From NCBI GenBank assembly GCA_049509875.1, contig JBEKZM010000008.1, forward strand, positions 42,125 through 106,124: a stretch of 64,000 nucleotides of DNA, given 5' to 3'. Below are positions 1 to 8,324 of the stretch, in pieces. The translations under genes were made by a program, and so were the position numbers. The stretch comes from Verrucomicrobiota bacterium (GTDB lineage Bacteria; Verrucomicrobiota; Verrucomicrobiia; Limisphaerales; UBA11358). Positions within the stretch are counted from its first letter, which is position 1; every line of letters starts with the position of its first letter. Below the pieces are notes generated by a model. The model searched no databases. It had not been told where the DNA came from and was given only the letters and a program-made list of their open reading frames with translations.

Positions 1-731
1 GCGCCATAGGTTTCCATGCTGCCCGGCTGCGGCGTATTAAATTTCACCCGGAGCTGGAGCGGCTTGCCGGCCAGGGAGTTTTTGGCCCGGCCCAGCTTGA
101 TCGTCCAGGTGCGCACCCAGGTCGGCGGCACCAGTTGCGTCGCGCCCCGAAGATTTTCCCGAATCTGATTGCGCAGCTCCAAGATGTCGGCCTGATTCTC
201 GACGGGCGTGTTCTTGAGCTTCTCCCGCAATTCCCGGTCCGTTTCGTCTTCAATCTTGGCGGCGTTACTCGGCTCCCTGGCCGAACCGCGCGCCACCAGA
301 ATCTGCTCGCGCAAGGTCTTTTGAACCTCGGGCGGCAGCTTCGAGGCCCGCCACTGCAACAGCGCAAATACGCAGGTCCCCGAGATGGCCAGCAGCGCGG
401 CGTTGAGTGTCACAATTCCCAGCCATTTTCCCAGCCAGATCTGCCAGCGCGCCACCGGCTTGGTGGCCACCACCTGAATCTGGCATTCCTCAATATCCCG
501 GGCCATGGTGCCGCAGGAGAGCCAGAGCGTCGAGAGCCCCAGCAAGGCCGTGATGGTGCTCAAGGTGTAGGTCAGAATAATCTGCGTGAATCCCTGCGCC
601 GAACCGTCGTCCTTGATCAGCAGGGGCAGGCCCACGACCGCGAAAACGAGCAGGGCCGCAATGACGAGAAACAACTTAAACCGCACAGCGGCTTTCCAGG
701 TCAACCAGGCGATGGCAACGATTCTTTGCAC
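1..731 (-). CDS. ABC-2-type transporter permease-like membrane protein, N-terminal part (gene continues past the left edge)
   Basis: Absent from the ORF track because it has no stop inside the window. The minus-strand frame directly after the nuoN stop (TGA CTG TTC GTG...) stays open to position 1. GTG at 731-729 gives VQRIVAIAWLTWKAAVRFKLFLVIAALLVFAVVGLPLL...ARDIEECQIQVVATKPVARWQIWLGKWLGIVTLNAALL. That is TM helices plus an ABC-2-permease-like loop. Family call is by eye only. Confidence 0.5.
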   Translation of the reverse strand, partial: MQRIVAIAWLTWKAAVRFKLFLVIAALLVFAVVGLPLLIKDDGSAQGFTQIILTYTLSTITALLGLSTLWLSCGTMARDIEECQIQVVATKPVARWQIWLGKWLGIVTLNAALLAISGTCVFALLQWRASKLPPEVQKTLREQILVARGSAREPSNAAKIEDETDRELREKLKNTPVENQADILELRNQIRENLRGATQLVPPTWVRTWTIKLGRAKNSLAGKPLQLRVKFNTPQPGSMETYG

Positions 732-737
732 GAACAG

Positions 738-2192
738 TCAAATCTTCAGCGCACCGGCGGCCGCAGTGGCGAGTGTCAGCAGCGTGTTCGGAAACAGGCC
801 GATCCAAAGCATTCCGCCGATGCAAATCCACGCTGTGACCATCGCCGGCGCCGACAGCTCGATGGCCGACAGGTCCTTCGTTTCTTTGCTCCAGTACATG
901 GCTTTGATCACGCCAAAATAATAGTACATCGAAATCACGACGCCCGCCAGTGCCGTGAACACCAGACAATAGTACCCGTGATTGCCCGTCGTCTGGGCCG
1001 CCTCCACGGCGGCCTTCAGCAGCAGAAACTTGCCAAAGAAGCCGGCCAGCGGCGGTATGCCCGCCAGCGAAGCCAGCGAAATGGTCATGGTGGCCGCCAG
1101 CAGCGGCGAGCGCTGTCCCAAGCCCGCCAGACCCGAAATGTCCTCCGTTTCAAGCTGGCGCAGGACCAGGGCAATGACCAGGAAACCGCCCAAAACGGTG
1201 AACAGATAGCCCGCCAGATAATAGAGAATGGCCGCCTGTCCGCTGGCGTTCAAGGCCGCCACGCCCAGCAGCAGATAGCCGGCGTGTGCAATGGCAGAAT
1301 AGCCGAACAGGCGTTTCAAGTTGTGCTGCGGCAGGGCGCAGAGATTGCCGTAAAGAATCGTGACGCCCGAAATGACGATCAGCAGATTCGCCCAGTGGAC
1401 GGTTACGGCCGGCACGGCCGTGAACAGGACGCGGAGCAGCAAAACAAACCCGGCGGCTTTCGAACCGATGGCCAGAAATGCCGTGGTCGGCGTCGGCGCG
1501 CCTTGGTAAACGTCGGGCGCCCAGATTTGGAATGGAAACGCGGAGATTTTAAAACCGAGGCCGACGAGCACCAGCAGCACGCCCAGCAGAAAGATTTTGC
1601 TGTCCACAAACTGCGGCGCCACCGCCGCCAGTTCGGTGAAATTCAACTTGCCCGTCGTCCCCCAAATCAACGCGATGCCAAAAATCATGAACGCGGACGA
1701 CAGCGCGCCCAAAATAAGGTACTTCACGCCCGCTTCGAGCGAAGTCAACTTGCTGCGCTGGAAACTGACGAGCACATAAAACGTGATCGTGATCAGTTCA
1801 ACGGAAACGAACAGCATGGCAAAGTCATTGGACGACGCCGCGAACAGCATTCCCGCCAATGCGAAAATGATCAGCGAATAGTATTCCGCCGCCGCCGCCA
1901 TGCGGTCGGCAAATTCGATGGCAATGAACAGCACCAGGATGGCAGCCACGATGAAGAATCGCTTGAAGAACAACGCCAGGCTGTCATTGATGAACGCGCC
2001 GTTGAACGCCGTGCCCACCGAGCCGATCGTGCCGTGGCTGCCCAGGCCGGCCACCAGCAGGACCGCCAGCGCGCCGATGGCCGCATACCCGATGAACCGG
2101 CGCCGCCCGGCGGGCACAAACAGGTCCGCCAGCATCAGGACCAGGCCCAGGCCGATCACCAGCATTTCGAGGCTTATCAAGGAAGAGTTCAT
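738..2192 (-). CDS. nuoN: NADH-quinone oxidoreductase subunit N
   Basis: 484-aa polytopic membrane protein with an antiporter-like core (FKISAFPFQIWAPDVYQGAPTPTTAFLAIGSKAAGF). Last gene of the contiguous nuo cluster, abutting nuoM. Confidence 0.92.
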   Translation of the reverse strand: MNSSLISLEMLVIGLGLVLMLADLFVPAGRRRFIGYAAIGALAVLLVAGLGSHGTIGSVGTAFNGAFINDSLALFFKRFFIVAAILVLFIAIEFADRMAAAAEYYSLIIFALAGMLFAASSNDFAMLFVSVELITITFYVLVSFQRSKLTSLEAGVKYLILGALSSAFMIFGIALIWGTTGKLNFTELAAVAPQFVDSKIFLLGVLLVLVGLGFKISAFPFQIWAPDVYQGAPTPTTAFLAIGSKAAGFVLLLRVLFTAVPAVTVHWANLLIVISGVTILYGNLCALPQHNLKRLFGYSAIAHAGYLLLGVAALNASGQAAILYYLAGYLFTVLGGFLVIALVLRQLETEDISGLAGLGQRSPLLAATMTISLASLAGIPPLAGFFGKFLLLKAAVEAAQTTGNHGYYCLVFTALAGVVISMYYYFGVIKAMYWSKETKDLSAIELSAPAMVTAWICIGGMLWIGLFPNTLLTLATAAAGALKI

Positions 2193-2193
2193 C

Positions 2194-3789
2194 TTATTTC
2201 TTGGCCGCCGGAGTGGGGGTGCCCTGGCCGGAATAAGCGAGCGCGAGCGCGTTGCCGGGATTGACGCCGCCCGGCGCCACTTCGGCGGGCTGGGGACTGG
2301 CCGCCTGCATTTTATAGCCGGCCACGACTTTTTCCGCGTCCGGGTTTATCTTTTCCGTCAGCAGCCTTGGCCAGCAGCCAAAGACAAACAGGCTGGCCAG
2401 CAGCAGCGCATAGGGCAGCTTGCGCCAGACGTTTCCGGCGTCGGCCAGTGAATTCCATTTTGCCGGCAGCGGCCCATGGAGAACGTTGCGAATGGCGCGC
2501 GTCATGTAAACGCCGCCAATGACCAGCGCGCCCCACAAGGCCATGACCGTAATCGCCGGAAAGGTTTTCCAGGCGCCGAAGAACACGGTGATTTCGCCCA
2601 CGAAATTCGCAAAGCCCGGGAGCCCGCAGCCCGCCATGGCCGCCATCAACAGCGCCGTGCCGATGAAGGGCAGCTTGCGGCAAAGCCCGCCCAGCTCGCT
2701 GATTTGCAGCGTGCCGGTCTGCTGGTAAATGTAGCCGCTCAGCGCAAACGACAGCGCCGCGAGGAATCCGTGGGCGATCATGATCAGCACCGCGCCGCCC
2801 ACGCCGATGAGGTTCAGGCTGGCGATGCCCAGAAAGATGAAGCCCATGTGCGCCACGCTGGAGTTGCCGATGAGCAGGTTCAGATCCCGCTGCCGCATGG
2901 CCACCCAGCCGATGTACAAAATATTTCCAACACAGAGCCACGCGAGGATCTGGGCCCAATGTTGTGCGGCCTCCGGCAGCATCGGCAGCGCCACGCGAAT
3001 CAAACCGTAAAGGCCGAACTTTTTCAGCAAGCCCGCGTGCAGCATCGCGGTGGGCGATGGCGCCACGCTGTAGCCCAGCGGCGCCCAGGAATGGAACGGC
3101 CACAGCGAAACCAGAATTCCGAATCCGAAGAGCAACAGCGGGAAGATGAAGTTCTGGGCGCTCAGCGAAAGAGGACTGGCCTTCGCGTGCTCGATCAGCT
3201 TGGGAATGTCGAAGGTATTTGCGCCCGATTGCAGGTAAAGCGCGATCAGCCCGATCAGCGCGATCAGCGCGCCGGCGCTCAGGTAAAGCGTGATCTGGAA
3301 GGTGGCGTAGTTCTTCCTTTCGCCGCGCCCCCAGACGCCGATCATGATGAAGGTCGGGATCAGGGCCAGCTCGTGTAGGAAATAGAAGAAGAACAGGTCC
3401 AGCGACGCGAACGCGCCCAGAATGCCGCCGCTCATCACCAGCAGCAGAATGTAAAACTCTTTTTCCCGCGACTGGATTTCAAATGAACACAGCGTGGCCG
3501 CAAACGCCACAATGGCGCCCATCAGAATCAGGCCCACGTTCAGGCCATCCACGCCCACGTGGTAGCTGATGCCTAGCGCATCGACCCACGGAATCTGCTG
3601 CTCAAATTGGTAGCCGTTTCCGCCGGGCACGAACTGGCAGAACATCTTCACGGCCAGCGCGGCGGAAATGAACGTGCCCAGCACCGCGAGGCCGCGGATG
3701 GGCACGCGATAATTGCGCGGCACCAGCACCAGCGCCAGCGCCGCCAGCAGCGGGATTCCCCAAATGTAAGTTAAAATGGACGTCGTCAT
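2194..3789 (-). CDS. nuoM: NADH-quinone oxidoreductase subunit M
   Basis: 531-aa membrane protein with an ND4-like core (WPFHSWAPLGYSVAPSPTAMLHAGLLKKFGLYG). Abuts nuoL and nuoN. Confidence 0.92.
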   Translation of the reverse strand: MTTSILTYIWGIPLLAALALVLVPRNYRVPIRGLAVLGTFISAALAVKMFCQFVPGGNGYQFEQQIPWVDALGISYHVGVDGLNVGLILMGAIVAFAATLCSFEIQSREKEFYILLLVMSGGILGAFASLDLFFFYFLHELALIPTFIMIGVWGRGERKNYATFQITLYLSAGALIALIGLIALYLQSGANTFDIPKLIEHAKASPLSLSAQNFIFPLLLFGFGILVSLWPFHSWAPLGYSVAPSPTAMLHAGLLKKFGLYGLIRVALPMLPEAAQHWAQILAWLCVGNILYIGWVAMRQRDLNLLIGNSSVAHMGFIFLGIASLNLIGVGGAVLIMIAHGFLAALSFALSGYIYQQTGTLQISELGGLCRKLPFIGTALLMAAMAGCGLPGFANFVGEITVFFGAWKTFPAITVMALWGALVIGGVYMTRAIRNVLHGPLPAKWNSLADAGNVWRKLPYALLLASLFVFGCWPRLLTEKINPDAEKVVAGYKMQAASPQPAEVAPGGVNPGNALALAYSGQGTPTPAAKK

Positions 3790-5679
3790 TTATTTCAACA
3801 GAACGAAATAGAGCACTACCGCCACGCCGAATACGAACAGAAACGCATACGTTTGGAGGTTGCCCGTTTGCACATTGCGCAGCATCCGCCCGGTCAGATC
3901 CGTTCCGCCGCGGATCAGGCCAAGGCACGCGCCCTGGATGATCCAGCGGTCAATCCAGTCCATCACCGCCGCGATAAAATCATGCAGGCGGATGACGGTG
4001 GCCTCATAAAGTTCGTCGAAGTAAAACTTGTCGCGCATCGCGGTGGCCAGGCCGCCCAGTTTGGCCGGCAGCGGATCGCTCGCGGCATTTTTGTAGAGCG
4101 AATAGGCGAAGAATAACCCAACGCCGACCGCGCCAATGCCGAAAAGCATCGCGGGGATGTTTTTCAAAGGCTCAAGCGCCTGTTGCACGGGGGATAGAGG
4201 CTCGGGTTGGGCGAGGAACTGGATATTGTAATTGTTCACGATGCCGATGAATCCGCCGAACACGGAAAACATGGCCAGCACCATCAACGGCCACGTCATG
4301 ACGGCGGGCGATTCGTGCGCGTGCCCGGCCTTTTCCGTGCGGGGTTCGCCGAGGAAGGCCACGAAGAAGAGGCGGAACATGTAGAAAGTGGTCAGGGCCG
4401 CAACAAATGTGGCAACAGCAAACAACGGATAGCCCACCAGTGGATAATTGTGTCCTTGTTCCAGCGCCAGTCCGAGGATGGAGTCCTTCGAGTAGAACCC
4501 ACTGAGCACCGGCACGCCGCTCAACGCCAGTGTGCCGATGATGAAAGTCCAGAATGTGACGGGCATTTTCTTTTTCAGGCCGCCCATTTTCCAGATGTCC
4601 TGTTCTTCGTGCAGACCGTGAATGACCGAGCCGGCGCCCAGGAACAGCAGCGCCTTGAAGAAGGCATGTGTTGTCAGATGGAACATCGCCGGCGTCGGGC
4701 CGCTCAAGCCCACCGCCATGATCATGTAGCCGAGCTGGGACAGGGTCGAATAGGCCAGAATGCGCTTGATGTCGTTTTGCTGAACGGCAATGAGCGCCGC
4801 GAGCAGCGCCGTGAACCCGCCGATGAAGGCGATCGCGTGCAGGGCGGCCGGATTGTGCTCAAACAGAAATACCGTGCGGCAGAGCATGTAAACACCGGCC
4901 GCCACCATCGTCGCCGCATGGATCAAGGCCGACACCGGCGTCGGGCCTTCCATGGCGTCCGGCAGCCAGACGTGCAGCGGAAATTGCGCCGACTTGCCCG
5001 CGGCGCCGCAGAAGATCAGCAGGCCGGCAATGGTGGCGCTTGCGCCCAGCGCCTCAGGATTCGCCGCCAGGGCGGATTTCAACACGCCAAAGTTCAGCGA
5101 CCCCAGCAGGCCCCACACCATCAGAATGCCCGCCAGAAATCCGAAGTCGCCCAGACGGTTGGTGATGAACGCTTTTTTCGCCGCGTCGCCCGCGCTGGGC
5201 TTCTCAAACCAGAACCCAATCAGCAGGTAGCTGGACACGCCAACCAGTTCCCACGCAATGAACATCATCACGAAATTATTCGCCAGCACGATCCCCAGCA
5301 TGGAGAACGTGAACAGGCTCAGGCACGCAAAGAAGCGCGCCCTGCCGCGGTCCTCGTGCATGTAACCATAGGAGTAGATATGGATCGCGCCGCCCACCCC
5401 CGTCACGATGAGCAGCATCATCATGCTCAGGGCATCGAGCTTTAGGCCGAAGTCCACCTTCAGGTCGCCCAACGCCAGCCAGTTGACGGTCGTTTCGCCG
5501 CTGAATTGAAATCCGTTGGCGCTGATGAATACGAGCGAGAGGACAAACCCGAAAACAATCGCGCCAATGGAAATAAGGCTGCTGACGGTCTTGCTGCGCA
5601 ATGTAAAAAGCGTGATCGCCGCCGCGGACAGCAGCGGCAGAAATAAAATCAGCCAGGGTAGATTTTCGTATTTCATCAT
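3790..5679 (-). CDS. nuoL: NADH-quinone oxidoreductase subunit L
   Basis: 629-aa membrane protein with an ND5-like core (FPLHVWLPDAMEGPTPVSALIHAATMVAAGVYM). Position between nuoK and nuoM. Confidence 0.93.
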   Translation of the reverse strand: MMKYENLPWLILFLPLLSAAAITLFTLRSKTVSSLISIGAIVFGFVLSLVFISANGFQFSGETTVNWLALGDLKVDFGLKLDALSMMMLLIVTGVGGAIHIYSYGYMHEDRGRARFFACLSLFTFSMLGIVLANNFVMMFIAWELVGVSSYLLIGFWFEKPSAGDAAKKAFITNRLGDFGFLAGILMVWGLLGSLNFGVLKSALAANPEALGASATIAGLLIFCGAAGKSAQFPLHVWLPDAMEGPTPVSALIHAATMVAAGVYMLCRTVFLFEHNPAALHAIAFIGGFTALLAALIAVQQNDIKRILAYSTLSQLGYMIMAVGLSGPTPAMFHLTTHAFFKALLFLGAGSVIHGLHEEQDIWKMGGLKKKMPVTFWTFIIGTLALSGVPVLSGFYSKDSILGLALEQGHNYPLVGYPLFAVATFVAALTTFYMFRLFFVAFLGEPRTEKAGHAHESPAVMTWPLMVLAMFSVFGGFIGIVNNYNIQFLAQPEPLSPVQQALEPLKNIPAMLFGIGAVGVGLFFAYSLYKNAASDPLPAKLGGLATAMRDKFYFDELYEATVIRLHDFIAAVMDWIDRWIIQGACLGLIRGGTDLTGRMLRNVQTGNLQTYAFLFVFGVAVVLYFVLLK

Positions 5680-5683
5680 CGCT

Positions 5684-5989
5684 TCACAGCTTCATGCTCG
5701 TCAAATCCTCGACGTGCGCCGACTGGCGCTTGCGGTACAGCGCCACGATGAGCGCCAGGCCCACCGCCACCTCCGCCGCCGCCACGGTGATGATGAAAAA
5801 CACCAGGACCTGGCCGTCGAGCTGGTTGTTGAACCGGGAAAAGGAGACCAGCGCCAGATTGGCGGCGTTCAGCATCAGCTCCAGCGACATGTACATGACC
5901 AGCAGGTTCCGCCGCAGGATCACGCCCAGCAACCCCAGGCAAAACAGCAGGATGCTGACGATCAGATAATCATGAAGTCCGACGTGCAT
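5684..5989 (-). CDS. nuoK: NADH-quinone oxidoreductase subunit K
   Basis: 101-aa three-helix protein (LIVSILLFCLGLLGVILRRNLLVMYMSLELMLNAANLALV). ATG at 5989-5987. Confidence 0.92.
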   Translation of the reverse strand: MHVGLHDYLIVSILLFCLGLLGVILRRNLLVMYMSLELMLNAANLALVSFSRFNNQLDGQVLVFFIITVAAAEVAVGLALIVALYRKRQSAHVEDLTSMKL

Positions 5990-5998
5990 GTTAAAAAT

Positions 5999-6132
5999 TC
6001 GCAGCCCGAAATCCGAAATCCGAAAGAAACCCGAAACCCGAAATCCGAATGGCCATCCGGGCGCCGAAAATATCAGTTCGGTTTTCGGATTTCGGATCTC
6101 TTTCGGTATTCGGTATTCGGTATTCGGTATTC
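5999..6132. repeat. Heptad-repeat inverted repeat (long hairpin) filling the nuoJ-nuoK spacer
   Basis: Left arm 6005-6050 is CCGAAAT-type heptads (cccgaaatccgaaatccgaaagaaacccgaaacccgaaatccgaat). Right arm 6076-6132 is the complement (gttcggttttcggatttcggatc...) and ends in a perfect (CGGTATT)x4 at 6104-6131. Confidence 0.9.
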
Positions 6133-6142
6133 ACTTCGGTCT

Positions 6143-6679
6143 TCATTCCAGTTTCTTCTTGCTCAACAGAATCACGCCGATCATGGCCACCAGCAGCAGC
6201 ACGGAGACGATTTCGAATGGCAGCGTGTAATGGGTGAACAGCAAACGGCCGAGCGAGAGGGTGTCGCCCTCCGCCTGCGGATTTTCCGCGGCAGCCTTGA
6301 CGCCGGCGAGGGATTTCACAAACACCGACACGATCAAGCCCACGGCAATCAGCCCGGCCACGAAACCGAAGAATTTGATTTTGCGCCGCTCCTCCTCCTT
6401 CAGGTCGAGCAGCATGATCACAAACACGAAGAGCACCAGCACCGCGCCGGCATAGACGATGATCTGCACCGCCGCCAAAAAGAACGCGTGGAGCAGCACG
6501 AACAGGCCGCTCATGGAAAGGATGGTCAGCACCAGAAACATCGCGCTGGTCACCGGGTTGCGGCTGAACGGATTGATAATGACGAGCAAACCGCACAGCA
6601 GCGTCAGGGCGGCAAAGACGTAGAATAGAACATCGGTCGCCCCGCCGCCGCCGAGCCAATGATTGATTGATTCCATCAT
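6143..6679 (-). CDS. nuoJ: NADH-quinone oxidoreductase subunit J
   Basis: 178-aa membrane protein (ND6-like) at the position between nuoI and nuoK. Confidence 0.88.
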   Translation of the reverse strand: MMESINHWLGGGGATDVLFYVFAALTLLCGLLVIINPFSRNPVTSAMFLVLTILSMSGLFVLLHAFFLAAVQIIVYAGAVLVLFVFVIMLLDLKEEERRKIKFFGFVAGLIAVGLIVSVFVKSLAGVKAAAENPQAEGDTLSLGRLLFTHYTLPFEIVSVLLLVAMIGVILLSKKKLE

Positions 6680-6695
6680 TAATATTCCAGGGCCT

Positions 6696-7259
6696 TCAGG
6701 CTTTCACCGGAAAATCTTCCTGTTCCTTTGCTTCTGCCGATTTGTGCTTCCACTTTTGGAGGCCGGGAGCCGTGCCGCCCAGCGCGAGCAGCATCTCTTT
6801 GTTGTACATGAACTCCGCGCGGCTGGCGCCCGTGATCGAATAGTCTTTTTGCAGGAAAATCGCCTCCTCCGGGCAGACTTCCTGGCAGAAGCCGCAGTAA
6901 ATGCACCGCAGCATGTTGATCTCAAATTCCAAAGGCATCTTTTCGGCATTCGGCCGGTCGGCCTTCAATCCGCTGTCGCCCGGGGGGGTGATGCGGATGG
7001 CCTTCGGCGGGCAGACGAACTCGCAAAGCTGGCACGAGACGCACTTCGTGTTGCCGTCCTGGTCCTTCACCAGATAGGGGGCGCCGCGATAATCCGCCGG
7101 CACGGTCCATTTCTGTTCCGGATACTCCATCGTCACTTTTTTGCCCTGGAACAGCGTGCCCCAGGCATGCTTGGTCGTGACCTTCAACCCTCCTACGATG
7201 GCGGGCAGGTACAACTTTTCCCAGAAGGAAAGCGGTTTGCGATTGACGGTGATGCTCAT
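6696..7259 (-). CDS. nuoI: NADH-quinone oxidoreductase subunit I
   Basis: Two 4Fe-4S ferredoxin motifs, CVSCQLCEFVCP and CIYCGFCQEVCP. 187 aa. Confidence 0.93.
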   Translation of the reverse strand: MSITVNRKPLSFWEKLYLPAIVGGLKVTTKHAWGTLFQGKKVTMEYPEQKWTVPADYRGAPYLVKDQDGNTKCVSCQLCEFVCPPKAIRITPPGDSGLKADRPNAEKMPLEFEINMLRCIYCGFCQEVCPEEAIFLQKDYSITGASRAEFMYNKEMLLALGGTAPGLQKWKHKSAEAKEQEDFPVKA

Positions 7260-7260
7260 G

Positions 7261-8322
7261 TCAGCTCCTCGCCCACAGCCACAGGGCCGTGATTAAAATG
7301 TTTGCCAAGGCCAGCGGCAAAAACCGCCGCCACCCCAAATCCATCAATTGGTCGTACCGGAAACGCGGAAACATCCAGCGCACCCAGATGAACACGACCA
7401 TGAAAAACGCCATCTTTGCCAAAAAGACCAGGATCTGCACCAGGCCCATCGGCAGCGACTGCGCCGGTTGGTCCAGGCCCCAGAACGGCAGAGTCCAGCC
7501 GCCGAAGAACAACGTCACCATCATGGCCGAGGACGCCACCATGTTTGAATACTCCGCCAGAAAAAACAGCGCGAATTTCATCGAGCTGTATTCCGTGTGG
7601 TAGCCGCCCACCAGTTCGGTTTCCGCTTCCGGCAGGTCAAAGGGCGTGCGGTTGGTTTCCGCAAACGACGCCACCATGAAAATAATGAACGACAGCGGCG
7701 CATACGCCACCAGCCAGCCGTGCGCCGATTGCCAGCCGATGATCCGGCTCAAGTTCAAATTGCCCACGATCAGCAGCAGCGGAATGACCGACATGCCCAT
7801 CGAGATTTCGTAGGAAATCATCTGCGCGCTCGAGCGGATGCCGCCGAAAAACGGGTATTTCGAATTCGCCGCGTAGCCCGCCAGGACAATCCCGTACACG
7901 CCCATCGAAACGATGCCGAACGTGTAAAGGATCCCCACGTTCAAATCGGCGATGACCATCTTCTGGTGCCCGAGGTTCGAACCGAACGGGATCACCGCCA
8001 CGGTCAGCATGGCCGGGATGACCGATACGGCCGGCGCCAGCCAGAAATAGATTTTCTTGACCCCCGCCGGCGTGAAGTCTTCCTTGAACAGGAACTTCAA
8101 ACCGTCCGCCAGCGGCTGGAAAAATCCAATGCGCGTCAAGACTGGCCCGAGCACCGGCACAAATTTCATGAACGGCGGCGCCACGCGGTTCGGGCCCATG
8201 CGGTCCTGGATCCACGCCGAAACCTTGCGCTCCACCAGCACCGAGTACGCCACAATGCCCTGCACCACGCCGACCACAATGGCGACCTTGACGACGCTAA
8301 AAATGATGAAGTTCCAGTTCAT
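7261..8322 (-). CDS. nuoH: NADH-quinone oxidoreductase subunit H
   Basis: ND1-like polytopic protein. Start trimmed from the track ORF (8367) to the ATG at 8322-8320 (MNWNFIIFSV...), which lies 2 nt after the nuoG stop at 8325. Confidence 0.9.
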   Translation of the reverse strand: MNWNFIIFSVVKVAIVVGVVQGIVAYSVLVERKVSAWIQDRMGPNRVAPPFMKFVPVLGPVLTRIGFFQPLADGLKFLFKEDFTPAGVKKIYFWLAPAVSVIPAMLTVAVIPFGSNLGHQKMVIADLNVGILYTFGIVSMGVYGIVLAGYAANSKYPFFGGIRSSAQMISYEISMGMSVIPLLLIVGNLNLSRIIGWQSAHGWLVAYAPLSFIIFMVASFAETNRTPFDLPEAETELVGGYHTEYSSMKFALFFLAEYSNMVASSAMMVTLFFGGWTLPFWGLDQPAQSLPMGLVQILVFLAKMAFFMVVFIWVRWMFPRFRYDQLMDLGWRRFLPLALANILITALWLWARS

Positions 8323-8324
8323 TT

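Noticed and set aside
135-2264. 709-aa plus-strand ORF, the third longest in the track
   Set aside because: It lies entirely antisense to nuoN and the downstream permease gene. The translation is Arg/Gln/His/Gly-rich with no motif or hydrophobic pattern, while the opposite strand encodes a textbook NuoN. This is a typical GC3-driven shadow ORF.
5999-6132. Possible CRISPR array (regular short repeats)
   Set aside because: The period is 7 nt with no unique spacers, and the two halves are mutually complementary. No cas genes occur anywhere in the window. No other candidate array was seen.
5991-6659. ORFs reading through the nuoJ-nuoK spacer (5991-6659 minus, 5516-6628 plus), which give peptide repeats such as PEIRNPKETRNPKSE and ISGFGFLSDFGF
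   Set aside because: The peptide periodicity is just the translation of the DNA heptad repeat. Both ORFs overlap nuoJ or nuoK/nuoL in wrong frames.
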